From Octopus bimaculoides (lineage: Eukaryota): a stretch of 41,903 bases of DNA. The notes under the pieces are model-generated. The model saw only the letters and a list, made by a program, of their open reading frames with translations. It had not been told where the DNA came from and did not search any database. A program made the translations under genes and the position numbers. Within the stretch, counting starts at the first letter, position 1; each line of letters opens with the position of its first letter. Location: positions 168,255,967 through 168,297,869 of the forward strand of contig NC_068981.1 of the NCBI RefSeq assembly GCF_001194135.2. Reading direction: 5' to 3'. Below, one piece after another: positions 23,900-36,500 of this stretch.

Positions 23900-24175
23900 C
23901 GTCTCCTCTCTTCACTGAGTGAAGGGGCTTCCTCTCACAGATCTTGTTAGTTATGAATTGTCAGTGATGCTTCTGTAACTTAGCCTTTTTCTAGGTAGGG
24001 ATATTGGCCCTCTGCAAATCCATTTTCATCTCTGGAAAGAGATGGTCAATGACACTTTGGCCTCTATCTTTTGACCTGTCTAGGTTGGAATGCCCTACAA
24101 AGAGCTTCCACTCTACTGCTATAGCACTCAGGGTTACCGAAGCACACAAGTCACCACATCACAACAAGGATTGGA
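23900..24175 (-). mobile_element. Possible 5' UTR fragment of an RTE-clade LINE
   Basis: Reverse complement ccttgttgtgatgtggtgacttgtgtgcttcggtaaccctgagtgctat...agacaggtcaaaagatagaggcc...gggccaatatccctacctagaaaaa resembles recalled RTE 5' ends. Confidence 0.4.
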
Positions 24176-24881
24176 CCTTGTGGTAGATCCTTGTAGGTAA
24201 CCTGGATAAATATTTGAGAAAATGCCTTAATGTGTTATTTGTTCAGGTAGATGAAGCAAGTTTATGTCTATCAGAATCTTTATACCTGATCTAGTTACCT
24301 TGAAAAAACTTTACCAGAAGTGTGAAGCTCTTGCTGACATTATTTTTGGAATTGCACAAGCCCTCAACCACAACAGTGTAGGAAGGATGGATAATCCTTA
24401 AAACATTAATTTCTTATATTATTTAAATGTTAAAGGGACTTCTAAATCAACCCCTACATATGTGTGTTTGTAATGTATGTATGTACATATGCACAAACAA
24501 GTATACTATTGTTATTTAGTCTCAAGTCAGACCTGACTGAAAAGTTCTGTGATCAAAAATATTCCAGCTGAGACCTTCTTGTCTTTAAAAGTATTGAAGA
24601 CTACATTATCTAATGTGTTCTTTCCTTTTTATAGATTGTAGGGTGTGATTTAAGGGAGACTTAGTTGCTATTTCTAGCAGTTTACTTTGTAATATGTATG
24701 TGTTGAGTAAGATACTTAGATGAATCCATCCTTTTTTTTATATTTTCAACTAAGAATAATTCAGCTGATTGAGGTTGCCAAAAACAGAGACAACTGTTCC
24801 AGTTTGAAACTAAATAATTCCACTGTTTGGTGATTTTGGTCACTCAAATTACAGTGGTATAATCTTGTCAGCATATACAAG

Positions 24882-25072
24882 GAATTTTTAAAAACTTATT
24901 TCCAAATTATCTGAAATCGTCTCTCATCAAAGAATTCTTAAAATTTGTGCCTAAGTTGTCTGAAATCTCTCATCGAAGAATTCTTAAAATTTGTTTCCAA
25001 GTTGTTTGAAGTCTTCTCTCCATCAAAGAGTTCTGAAAATTTGTCTCCAAATTGTTTGAAGTCTCTCATCAA
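24882..25072. repeat. Four-unit minisatellite, ~46-50 bp period
   Basis: Unit consensus gaattcttaaaatttgtytccaarttgtytgaartctctcatcaaa, with small indels between units. Confidence 0.85.
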
Positions 25073-25399
25073 GCAAAATAATTGTTGCAGAATCCAAAAA
25101 CAAAATCATTTGTTTATATCTCATTTATTGTTGATGTCTCAGTATGGCCAGTGATTAAATGCTTTCTCTAGAGAGTTTAGACTCCATGTTTTGGGCTCTC
25201 TCTCTTTCTTCAATCAAGTAATTCTATTCTACTTGATTATAAGATATTATGTGGAAATGTTTTTATAGAATTTCAAAATACATTTGTATTGTATATGTAC
25301 AAAAACTCTTATTGTACGTCATTGACTGAACTTGAACTTCTACACATCTTTCTTAAGACATAGTGAATGTGTGTGAGTTGTTGCAGCAGCAAAACAATG

Positions 25400-25800
25400 T
25401 GTGAAGAAGACCAAAAAAAAAAAAAAGAAAGAAAAAGAAAAGAAAACTCTCAAACAACAAACAAAGATTTACTTAATCCTAAAAAGCCATATTTAATGGA
25501 AGATGTTCTTCAGAACACACTATTTAGCTGGCTGCAAGAAAATATACAGTCCCTCTCATTCCTTGCGTAAACACTGCAATATTTTGGCAATGCACAAGGA
25601 ATTACAGTATAATACTGAATATTTGAATTTTTTGTTTTCCTGAACAAATTTCAGTTCATTTATCTGTTCAATGTTGCATGGAAAGGTATGGATATTTCTT
25701 TTACTAAAAGATGTTACATGTTCACATATGACCAAACTGATTATCGTTGAAGCTATAAAACCTGTCTTATTCAAATTACTCTTGCTTTATACATTTTTCA
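25400..25800 (+). pseudogene. Possible highly degraded pogo/Tigger-like transposase remnant
   Basis: K-rich stretch, then PYLMEDVLQNTLFSWLQEN (CENP-B-type HTH-like), and in other frames LNKFQ and VLFKLL. Weak pattern similarity only. Confidence 0.25.
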
Positions 25801-27133
25801 TGTTGTCTTTCTTTCATTATGTCAGCTAATTCAAGCCTTATACATGACATTGTGACACAAAAGATTGTATTTTTTTCTTACTATTTTGAATTTTATTCCA
25901 AAACTGTTATTTTTAAACCAAAAAAAAAAAAACGTATTTATGACATATCTCAGCTTATTTCGATGTTTGCTGGGATGAAATGTAAAATCGAACACTGGAA
26001 TTTTAGTTTGCAAAATAGATGAATGAAAATAAATATTGCAATGATTTAGTCTGACACTACCATCTTGGCTATCACCAAAGATCTTCAAAAAAGAAGCAGT
26101 TAAAAAATGTGATTCAATTTGAATTGTTTAACCATTTATTTACCCTTGTCTTATATGTGTTGGATTATTATAACCCTTTAGCTTATCAGTTGATTAGTCT
26201 TGAGAAAATAATAGTAGTGAATATTTAGTTTGCTGTGTGAAAACAATAATTTCATTAAAAATCTGTTGTTTAGTCCTAGTTTAATGCATTGTTTATACTT
26301 ATAGCTTGTGATGCATTTTGTCCTAAATTACCATGGGATTTATAGATAATTCTTTACACCATAACCATCATTAGCAATATTCTAGTGTCTTCCATCTCAT
26401 CCAGTATGTATTGCATCCAGTTAAATTTAGATCACTTAATCAAAGTCCATTGATTTCAAGACATTTTTAAAAAAAATCTATCTTGTTTATTTATTTGTTC
26501 TTTTTTTACCACCAATGCGAAAAAGAAAAAAAAATTGTTTGCCCATTCACATTTTCATTCTAAATGTCTATGTTTACTAATTCTTGATATTTTTTTCTTC
26601 TGAGAAGTGGGGAATTTTGTTTAATTGATCTTACATCTAGGGGTAATAATTCAAAAGATTTTTCTAGGACTATAATTTAGAATTGGGGTTTACTTAGGAT
26701 ATGTAAGCTCTCTGAAATTTATATACATCTACCAAGCAAATGTACTTAGAAATTATTTAGATTTAAATAGTAATTCCCATTATAATCTTAATTATAATAA
26801 TTTTTTTTTAACTTTGTGAGTTAAGAATAAATATTTTAGTGATCAAAGTTTGTAGAGTGTAAGTTATTTTATCTATATTTACTTTAAAAATAGAAATTAC
26901 ATATGACATTTTAATTTTAGTTTTAAAGTTAATGAAAAAGACAGTCTGTCTTTTTCATTAGACTCTGCTCTTTACAAATTATTTTTACTTTTAATCATTT
27001 GATATTCATTAGAAAAACTTTAAAAACCTTGTTTAGATATATGTGGGGAATGTAAATCTTCCTCATATAACAGTTTATATATCTATACTTGATAAATTAT
27101 GTTACCTTTTAAATAACTTTTAATCTCTTGCAG

Positions 27134-27246
27134 GAGTGAATATTGTCGTATTGTGAAGCTTAAGTATTGTTTGGAATCTGATGCTGATTGGGCTAAAGAA
27201 TTCCGGCGTCGTTTGGGAACTGACAGTTCAAAGGGAGGTTTCCGAA
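27134..27246 (+). CDS. Coding exon 2 of the 756-aa protein
   Basis: Acceptor taatctcttgcAG (27133), phase 2 matching 10462; (R)SEYCRIVKLKYCLESDADWAKEFRRRLGTDSSKGGFR; donor A|GTAAGC (27247, phase 1). The spliced peptide keeps the internal repeat alignment gap-free. Confidence 0.88.
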
Positions 27247-27404
27247 GTAAGCATTGCTTTCCTTTCACTCTTTTCATTCTCTCTCTCTCACTCTCATTCT
27301 CTTTCTTTCCCCCTTTTTTTTTTCCTCTTTTTACATGTTCGTTTGTTTTTATGTTTTGATTGTTTCCATTGATAGAATAAAACAAAATATGTTTTTTGTT
27401 TCAG

Positions 27405-29314
27405 GTTTGGGTGAAGCTAAATTGTATGCCACTCAGTTGTGGCGTCAGTACAGTGAGCTGTATGATGTCCATCGGGCGCGTATTGGCAACAGCAATTCAA
27501 GGGCTTCTCTTGAAAAGCATCATTCACTCGATGGGTCTTCTCGTGACACAAAAGCTATTCATATCAGTTCAGGCTCAGCAATCAGTAGCTCAGCTGCCTC
27601 ACTTCTCCCCCTTAGTGGCAGCCCAGACTCATTGATCCCTCCATTTAGACGTGAAGACGACAAACTACTCAGCCTCCATCTTGCTTCAATGGATGAATCA
27701 AACAACCATCATTTAAATGAGTTTCCAAGTTCATCCAGTCTGAACATCAGTCCTCTTATAAAAGTAGAACGGGAAGAAAAATTTGAATCCTCCTCAACAA
27801 CCATCAGCAGCGAGACAAATTGGTCTGTTGACAATAACAAAGTAAGCTCTTCTCACAACACACCTGTTTTTCCATCTGTTGACCAGATGGAACTCAGCAT
27901 TTTAGAAAGAGTTGATGTTTTACTGCGAAGAAGACGGAAAGATTTCTTTCTCGGTTATACTGAGGACCAGTTACGAAACTTGAGCCCTTTTGAACGTCCA
28001 CTGACCACAGTTACTGAAAAAGAATACCAAGAATACCTCTTCAGCGATGAAGGACAATTAACTTCTGCTCTTGCCACAGTTTTTGATCTCACTGAACCTT
28101 GGGCTTTCCGTTTTAAAAAGATGCTTCATTTAAGTCCCGAGGAAGGTGGTTTTGCAACTTGGCCCGATGTTAAACAAGAACTTTATGTGCTATTGCAAAA
28201 CCATTTAAGTGGCAATAGTAATTCTCAAGAGTCTGTAGTACCGTCAATGCTTGATGGTTCCCATGGTACAATGCCATCTTTATCTTTAGACAGTGACCTT
28301 CCAAGTACATCAGGTTTGGTTGAAAGGGCCAGTGAAAATATTGATTTTACCAATACAAGTTCTAGCATGCTGTTGGGTAAGGATTCACTAAAAGAATCAA
28401 CAATATCACTGTTTAGTTCTGGCATTTTAAATGGAAGATTAACGAGCCAGAAGAAATCTCCTGATTCTTCCGACAGAACAGTTATATCCCAAGCATCTCC
28501 TTCTGCCCCTGAAACCACTGAAGATGCCATCACTATAGATGATGATACTAATTCTGAAGATAATTTTGCTGCTGGTAACCAATCTCAAATGAAAAGTCCA
28601 CCTGTCTCTTCTAATGGTCCCAGCATTGACAATATCTGGAGCACCAACAATAGTAGTTCTAATGATCACAGAAGGGCTGCAAACCATCTTCAACAGCAGT
28701 TTTTATCTGATTCTAGTGTTAGTATTACTTCGTCCATTGAAAGAAGTGGTCACTCTGTTACTGCTGTATCATCCAGTTTATCTGCGATGGCAACACCCAA
28801 TCGCTTTGGTTCACCACTTGGTAAAGTCAGCAATCGTATTTCTTTAGATTTAGCTTCATTTGGTCGTAACCAAGGAAACTCAGAACAACTGGAATGTTCT
28901 ACTATGGAGCCTAGGAATTCTCGTGTTGTACCCCGTTTTAGTTCACAGTCAGCAATTACAATGGACACAGGTAGTGTAGAAGTCCCTACAGTGAAGACCA
29001 GTAATCGTAGTAACCCTTCTAGACTGGTTGTTGCTGGTTCTAATTCTCTTTACACAAATAATAATTCTAGTAGTAAATCTCTGGTATCAAAACTTTGGTC
29101 TCTCAGAGATAAGTTAGCTGAACGCTGTCGTGATGATCCAGCTGTTAGCTGGCATGATAAATTAAGACCTCATTTGAAACTTATCCGATCACAATTAGGT
29201 GAGACTTACACTCTCCCGAATTCTGTGCATGAAAGTATTGCTGATCTTTTCCTTGTTACATTGCAGCTTGAGCTGCTTGACAAACAAACATCAGGATTCA
29301 GTGAAATGTCTTAA
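27405..29314 (+). CDS. Large terminal coding exon (1910 nt) of the 756-aa protein
   Basis: Acceptor gttttttgtttcAG (27404), phase 1 matches; open to TAA at 29312-29314. Total CDS 248+113+1910 = 2271 nt = 757 codons. Holds the end of domain copy 1, all of copy 2 (27893-28204), Ser-rich linkers and a C-terminal helical-looking segment. Confidence 0.92.
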
Positions 29315-29505
29315 TTATTAAAAGTAATTAAAAATGACAAAAACCCAATTTGACTGAACTGTCCTTTTTAAACCTTCAAATATATGGAAACACTTGTTTC
29401 TTAAATATTTAAAAAGACTATAACAAAATATTGATAACCGTTTATAACTACCTTAGTCTAATTTTAACCCTTAGGCTTACAAATATTTTGAATGAATTGT
29501 TTCTT

Positions 29506-29511
29506 ATTAAA
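29506..29511 (+). promoter_or_regulatory. Candidate polyadenylation signal ATTAAA
   Basis: Variant hexamer ~190 nt after the stop; no transcript evidence, and the sequence is AT-rich. Confidence 0.25.
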
Positions 29512-30446
29512 GTGAAAAGTTTTTAAAAACCAAAACAAAAAAAAAACACATAAAACGGAAAACTATTGTTTCCATATTTCCCTTCCGTTCCCATATATAC
29601 ACCAATCATTTGGTACCAAATTGACTGATCAATCATTGCTGTTAATTTCTCAGTCTGTTTCAGACAACTGAAAATAACCGGTACACTTCTAAGTGTTCTT
29701 ACTATTCCTGAATATATTTTCAATTTCACCATTTATTTTACTGACATCTTCAATATTGTGTTTTACCAAAGGACATGTTGAGTCATTTCACCCATCATTT
29801 ACTGAAATATATTCAGTTGCTTTTTTTTTTTTCATTATTTCTTTGGTTTTGATGTTAGAAGAATGTGTGTATGGTTTTTTTTTTGTTTTTGTTTTTACAA
29901 GGGTCAGAGACCCATATATATATATATACACAAAATGCTTATCAGTTGTAGTCATTTTTTATAATTATTCCACTGTGCCAGTAATTTATTTATAAATGCA
30001 ATTATAAAATAACATTATATTTCATTATCTGTGACCAAAGCTGTTTTGTAACCAGGCTGAACAAAACCAAGTATAACTTGGGAAATTTGTGTTTCAAAAT
30101 CATAGAACGTCAATAATTTACTGAATATTGTAAACTATTGCAATTAAGGAAAACTCACACCAAACATGCATACATATTCATCCCTCCATCAATCCATCCA
30201 TCCAAAGAAAATAATATATCTGTTGAAATATAAGTTGTTTCATATTTCATATGCTTTAATCTAAAATAGCAGTTTAAAAAATGTTACAATACACCAATAT
30301 TTTTAAAATATGCTTCTGTTTTGTTATCAATTTTTAGTTTAAGAATTGTCTCAACAATTTTTTCTTCTTCTAATCTTTTCCAAGCTCTTCTGTAATCATT
30401 TTAAAGTTTATGTTGTGTATTTTAACAAAAACAGTAATAATAATAA

Positions 30447-30918
30447 GGTATGGCTGAATGATTAAACAGTTCACATCTCCACAATATAGCTTTGGATTCA
30501 GTTCCACTGACACCATGAGCAAGTGTCTTCTATAGTCCTGGGCCAACTATTGCCTTGTGAGGGAATTTGGTTGATGGAATCTGAAAGGAGCCCATCACAT
30601 GTGATTGTGTTTGTGTGTGTATAAATGTTTATAAAACTATGCTAAGCTGATGGCACTGTTTGCGGCTTAGCTACAAATAACAGTCATCATTTGTGTTTGG
30701 ACTGTAACTAGTGTAGGTTGTTGATGTTTCTTGTTAACAAATCATCTGCCAGCTCTGTGCTTTTGGATTCCTCTGGAATAAAAATCCCTTACTTGAAAAA
30801 CGGGTAAGGTTCGGTGAGAGGAAGTACATCCAGCTATAAAAATCTTGTGTCAAATTCAGCCCCGTCTAAACCGTGCTAGCATGGAGAAATAGACGTTAAA
30901 TGAAACAAAATGATGATA
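30447..30918 (+). mobile_element. Composite SINE: tRNA head (B), internal segment, family-A tail
   Basis: ggtatggctgaatg...gattcagttccactg...gcaagtgtcttctatag...gagggaatttggttgatggaa; ends gaggaagtacatccagctataaa...ccgtgctagcatggagaaatagacgttaaatg...tgatgat. Confidence 0.65.
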
Positions 30919-32343
30919 TTAATATTTGTAATTATAACAACAAATTGGTTTTTGTTGGATGGGAGGTATAGCTATATATCCATTAAATAGTGCCTTAAGC
31001 ATTTTTGGATCTTTGTAAAAAAAAAAAAAACTAAACAATATAATTGTATTATATTGATAATAATAACTCTACAGTTTATATGATAAATTATTTTTACACT
31101 GGGTTTACATAATGTCAGATTCTAAAGTGAACTTGAAAGAAAGAGACAAAATTATTTCTGACAATGTGTTTTTGCCTTTGTTTCAAATTTTTATTGAAAT
31201 ATGACTTGTTTAAATCTGTTTTTTATTATTAACAAACCAGAAATTATTTTCTAATGTTGATGTTTACAGGTTTAATTCTTTCACAATCATATTTCTAATG
31301 AAATACACTGTTTGGTGATGCATTTCACTTAATTTTGGAAATAATCAAGAATTTTGAGGGATATAAGTAAAATAACTGATTTTTTTCATTATTAAGCTGG
31401 TGTTTGGAACATAAGTTAAAATATTCCTAGACATAATTATGACAGAAGGTTTTAATTTAAATGTGAACACTTTAAACCAGGAGGTTTTTCAGTCCTGAAA
31501 CCGGAGATGGTTTCAGGCGAGATGTCAAANNNNNNNNNNTTTTTTTTTTTTTTTTTTTTTTTTTTCTAAATTTTATTTCAGCAAAAACAGAATAGTGTTT
31601 GCATTAGAAAACCCATAGAAATGAATTAAAAATGAAACCAAAAAGAGAAAGTGTTTCTTTAAAAAAACATTCTTTTCACACATAAACCCCATTCCTAAAT
31701 TTCTACAAACTTTTCATTAAAGACTTTAATTTTATACTGTAATGAGTTATACTCTCTACTTTCCAACATTTTATCTCTTTTATTAATTCCCATTTTAGCA
31801 GGGATTTGATCATTCTAAAAATTGAGACATTTTGCAAGAATGTTGTAATTTATCTTTAGATTGGTCCTGATTGAGCAAACTTTTGATCAAAGGTGTTCCA
31901 CACATGACCTTTCTGTTTATTTTTATTCTAGACATAATCAGGTCAGTGGTTTTCAAACTGACAAATGTTAGGCTTCCCTCCTTCCAAAACTATTACTGGT
32001 GTTTTTGCCCCAATCCTTATTAATGAAATTATAAAATAGTTTACATCTATACAATTCTTCTGTCATCATCATGGCTTTGATCAAGTTTGAAAAGTTTAAA
32101 AAAAAACAAAAAAAAACCACCCTATTTTATTAAAAGTAGCAATTTGTCTGACTTTTTTCAATCTTCACAAAACTCTCCTCATGTAGCCACCCCTGGGCTA
32201 CATTATCTCATGTATCCTATATTTTTAGAACAGTAAGGTGTGAGTTGAAGGAGATTTAATTGCTACTTCTAGCAGGTCAAGTCACCATGCAGAGGTTCTT
32301 TAAGAATTGTTAGTTTGTGTTTCATTCCAGGAACCCATCTTAA

Positions 32344-32555
32344 CACCTTGGCATTCAGATTATTCTATCAAATGTAATACTTATTTAGTCATTGTTTTGA
32401 ATTAATCATGTATTATCTCATAGCTTCGAGATTTCAATGGTGTAATTGTTTATTTTTAAAATTACATTGGTAGGTGTGAGGCTGAATCTGACCAATTTGC
32501 ACTTAAAACAGGAAACCTATTTTGGCCAGACGTGGCCAATATAAATACTAAAGTG
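32344..32555. mobile_element. piggyBac-like MITE (212 bp) with TTAA target duplication
   Basis: TTAA|caccttggcattc ... aaatactaaagtg|TTAA (32340-43 and 32556-59); imperfect terminal inverted repeats. Confidence 0.6.
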
Positions 32556-32999
32556 TTAAATTCCAATTGTTTTCCGTTATATTCAAGCAAAGTTGTGTGT
32601 CTTGCCTATGGACACCCTATAAATAATTGTGCCAAGTGTTTGACTTGCAGTATATGGATCAACAGCTCTGTACTTTAAACTATTTGAACCCCAAAAGTAA
32701 GAAATATGTAAACAGTATGAATATGGGAAAGTAAAGGTGGTGTGTGATGTAAGTAATACAGGAATGTATAACACATTCCTGTATTGTTTGAAGCTCAGGA
32801 TTCATTTTGTTACAACCATCAGTTTCTCTCCGTGTGTTGATCTTTCATTTGGTAAGATGAATCATTGTTTTGTTGCTTGAAGGACTGATTGCATGTAACT
32901 TTAAACTTTTGTAGGGACGCAGTATTTCATTATGCAGCCATAATATACTGTAAAGTATATTAAACATTTTTATAAGTCAATACTGTGTTAATGCGCTTA

Positions 33000-33565
33000 G
33001 GAATCCGGAGTAGAGGCAAACCCAGGAAGACATGGGATGAGGTGGTCAAGCATATACTTCGAACATTGGGCCTCACAGAATCAATGACGAAAGACCGAGA
33101 CCTCTGGAGACATGCTGTGACTGTGAAGACCCGGCAAATTAAGTGAGTTCATGGCTGTATCTTACACCAGTTTTGCATAACCAGCCCCAGCCCATTCAAA
33201 AGTACCTTGGATCATAGGACGACCTGCTGTGTTTGAGGAGACCTATTGAGTCAAGTACATCAACATCAACATGAAAATCAAATGGAAATTGTAGTTGTGA
33301 TACCTGTGCCGGTGGCACGTAAAAAAGCACCATCCAAACGTGGCTGATGCCAGTGCCGCCTTGACTGGCTTCCGTGCTGGTGGTATGTAAAAAGCACCCG
33401 CTACACTCATGGAGTGGTTGGCATTAGGAAGGGCATCCAGCTGTAGAAACACTGCCAGATCAGACTGGATCCTGGTACAGCCTCCTGGCTCCCCAGACCC
33501 CAGTCGAACCATCCAACCCATGCTAGCATGGAAAATGGACGTTAAATGATGATGATGATGATGAT
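33000..33565 (+). mobile_element. 5'-truncated RTE-clade LINE: ORF2 C-terminus, 3' UTR and (GAT)n tail
   Basis: 33000-33146 encodes GIRSRGKPRKTWDEVVKHILRTLGLTESMTKDRDLWRHAVTVKTRQIK*, followed by the full family-A tail. Confidence 0.85.
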
Positions 33566-36500
33566 TCTATAGAAATGATAGCCAGGACTAATTTTTGTTA
33601 CAGCATTTCATATCCGAGATGTCAGATACAAACAAATAATGAGATCAAAAATGGATGTCTCAGATATGAAATTTCTATAGAATATCTGTAGAGATAACCT
33701 TAACTAGTGATTTAAACTCTAGATGATAACTGAATTAAATTAGCAGCTTCAAATGAATAAATAAGCTCTTAGATGTTCTGTGTACTTTTATTCCCGCCTG
33801 TTTACACACACAAACAGATAGATTACACATTTAAACACATTAAGTACTTTCTATTCACCATTCCATACACACAGAATTTCTAAGCAGAGTCAGGAAAAAA
33901 TAAACCTGGTCAATGTTTATTCAAAACTCTTGAAAATTCCTCAATTTCAATGGCAGTGATGGAACACCTGATCTGGTTCAACTATAATTAAAATTTTGCA
34001 GATGTATTTAGATTTTGTTGGTATGTGTGTATTTTTTGGAATGGTGGAGCTTGAAACAGATAAAGCTATTAATAACATCTTGTAAATATTGGGTCTAAAA
34101 AAACCCCTTAGACTGAAAAGGCCAAAGGCTTCCTTTGGGACTTGAACCCACATCATCTGTAAACATTTTTATGCCTTTGTCAGAGAAGAAAGGGCAATGG
34201 CTATGACATTTCTTTTGCAGCCTCTGATAGATATTAGAAAGGGACAAAAAAACTATGAACCATGAATTGATCTTCAGCCCAGAGACCAGGTTCAAATGTT
34301 TGTAACAGAATAGGTTCTATTAAAAGTACTCTAGATCAATAAGGTGATGGCAATATATACAATTAAATCTATCAATCATTTTAGACACTAAGGATGATAA
34401 AAATGTTATTCCCTACTATTCTGGTTAGTTAGAGTTATATTTAATTTGAAGAACTATAAGCTTTCACTCATTTTTCATTTCTTTTATAATAAAGATTTAT
34501 TTCTTAGGTAATAAGAAACTTAAAGGAGAGTTGAACAACAGAAAGTCTTCAAATAAGAAACCCACTTCTTGCAAGTGTTACAACCCTTAATTTATTACAC
34601 TTTAAAGGGGCTGGACTGCGTTCAGGTTATGAATCCTGGATACCCCTCTGCTATCATTTTGTATTACTGTCTGCATCGCAACCCTCTTGGACAGTTAAAG
34701 TGCCCTAGGGTCGAGTTCACCCAGGTTCAGTGTAGATCTCAGTTGACTGTAGGGTAAATTTTGTTTTCTGAAATTCACTTCCATTCCTCCTTTACCAGAT
34801 CCACTTGGAACGCTTCTCAGCCTTAAGAATTCTGGTTCTCTTAAATATTTATTTATAAGAGAAATGGCAAATTGTCATGTTGATGCTCTTTCCTGATGGC
34901 ATTAATAACATGAAATGTGAAATTGGTTCAACCAGAAATCAAACAAGATTTTGCATGTTAGGGGTCACCAAAGGTGCATTTTAACTGTTATATATATATT
35001 CATATTTATTTCAGTGTTATTTTATATTTTTTATTTCAATAAATGTATGTCAAGGAGTCAACATCATTGTGAAATGTGGAAAATGGGGAAATAATTTCAT
35101 TGTTATATAAAAGAGTTACAATAGCTGAAAAGAAAAAGGTGTTGAGCTGTGAGCTTAGTGTCCATGACTTTATATCCTATTATATGTACTATGATGGTTT
35201 AGTGGTGAATTAAACATTTTGTCTGATAGCAGAGCATATAAGAATTGGTGTAGTGAGCTAAATGGAAACTGCAGGTTTACTATGAATAGAATTGTAATAA
35301 TTTAGGGAGAAATCTGAGCTAAGTTAGTTGATTTATGTTATTTGGTTGAAGATTTGCTTTCTTTTTATTTTATGGCAGATAATGTTTTTATTTTTTCAAT
35401 TCAGAAGGAAACAAAATTTGAAAGAATCCCTGCTTTGTAATTAATGTAATTTGATTGACAATACATTCACCTGAAGCAGCTTAATTACCTTTTCTTTCTG
35501 TCTAAAACCACATAAATTAAATATGTGTGTATGATTTTTACAAGGATAAAATAACACTTACTTTCAAGTTTTACCTTCTTTGGACTCTGGTAAAAGCAAC
35601 AAAGCTGAAACTTGAAAGTACACGTCAACCTTTTCCTCTACTAAAAGGTGTTGAATGAGTCTTCAATTAATGTACATCCGCTTTTTCAGGGTTTTTTTCT
35701 TTTCCACATATAACTATACATAAAAAGAAGCCTCAATTTTCCAAACCCTAATTTTTAATTTAATTAAAAATGTGCTGATCATTTTTTTTTTTCATATTGT
35801 TTCATGTTTATATTTTTTTTATTTGACCAACTAATTGCGTTGTAACTTTCAGTTGACAATTTATAAACCCTCGATTGAAATTGTAAAGATTGAAAACATG
35901 ACCAAGCATTTGGTCAATGCTTATAATGAAATTTAGCTTTACTGAATTTGTAAAAATTTATCCAATTTTGCAATTTATATTCAATTCTTGGCTTAGATTG
36001 TTTATAGTTGAAGAAATTTATAACAATATTTATAAAATATCACGAATTGGTTACATCTTACTATGTTCTGGTTAGACATTATAGAAAGATTAATCCTGTA
36101 GGAACATAACATGGGGATCAGCTTTTTGATGATGTACTATCTATTTAAATATCTGATGCGCTAGTTTCACCTCATGTTTTCTTTTGCAGATTTCATTTAG
36201 TAAAGAACCTAATGGCATGTTTTTTTAAAAATACAATTGTTTTTATCAATGAAATAAGGAGATTGTTTGTGTTGATAGTGCAGACTGATGTGGTATGGTG
36301 GGATTAAAGAAATATTTAATTCAATGATTGCTGAGATTACTGGATGATTGTATTGCTATTATTATTTTTAGAATTGCATTTTTTTCATTGTAAAAGAAAA
36401 AAATTACTTCAGATTTAGTGACAAACAAAATTTCCCTCTTAGTTTTGTTTCTTTATCTTAAGAAAGCAAGATGTTTGATGTACATAAATAAGACTAGCCT

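Noticed and set aside
27254-27404. Hydrophobic N-terminus of the 686-aa track ORF (apparent signal peptide or TM segment)
   Set aside because: It is the pyrimidine-rich 158-bp intron read in frame from a TTG; the spliced model fits the internal repeat alignment.
31494-31565. Perfect 9-bp hairpin (cctgaaacc/ggtttcagg) followed by poly-T, resembling an intrinsic terminator
   Set aside because: Eukaryotic DNA, and the hairpin and poly-T are separated by an N-gap, so their adjacency is not established.
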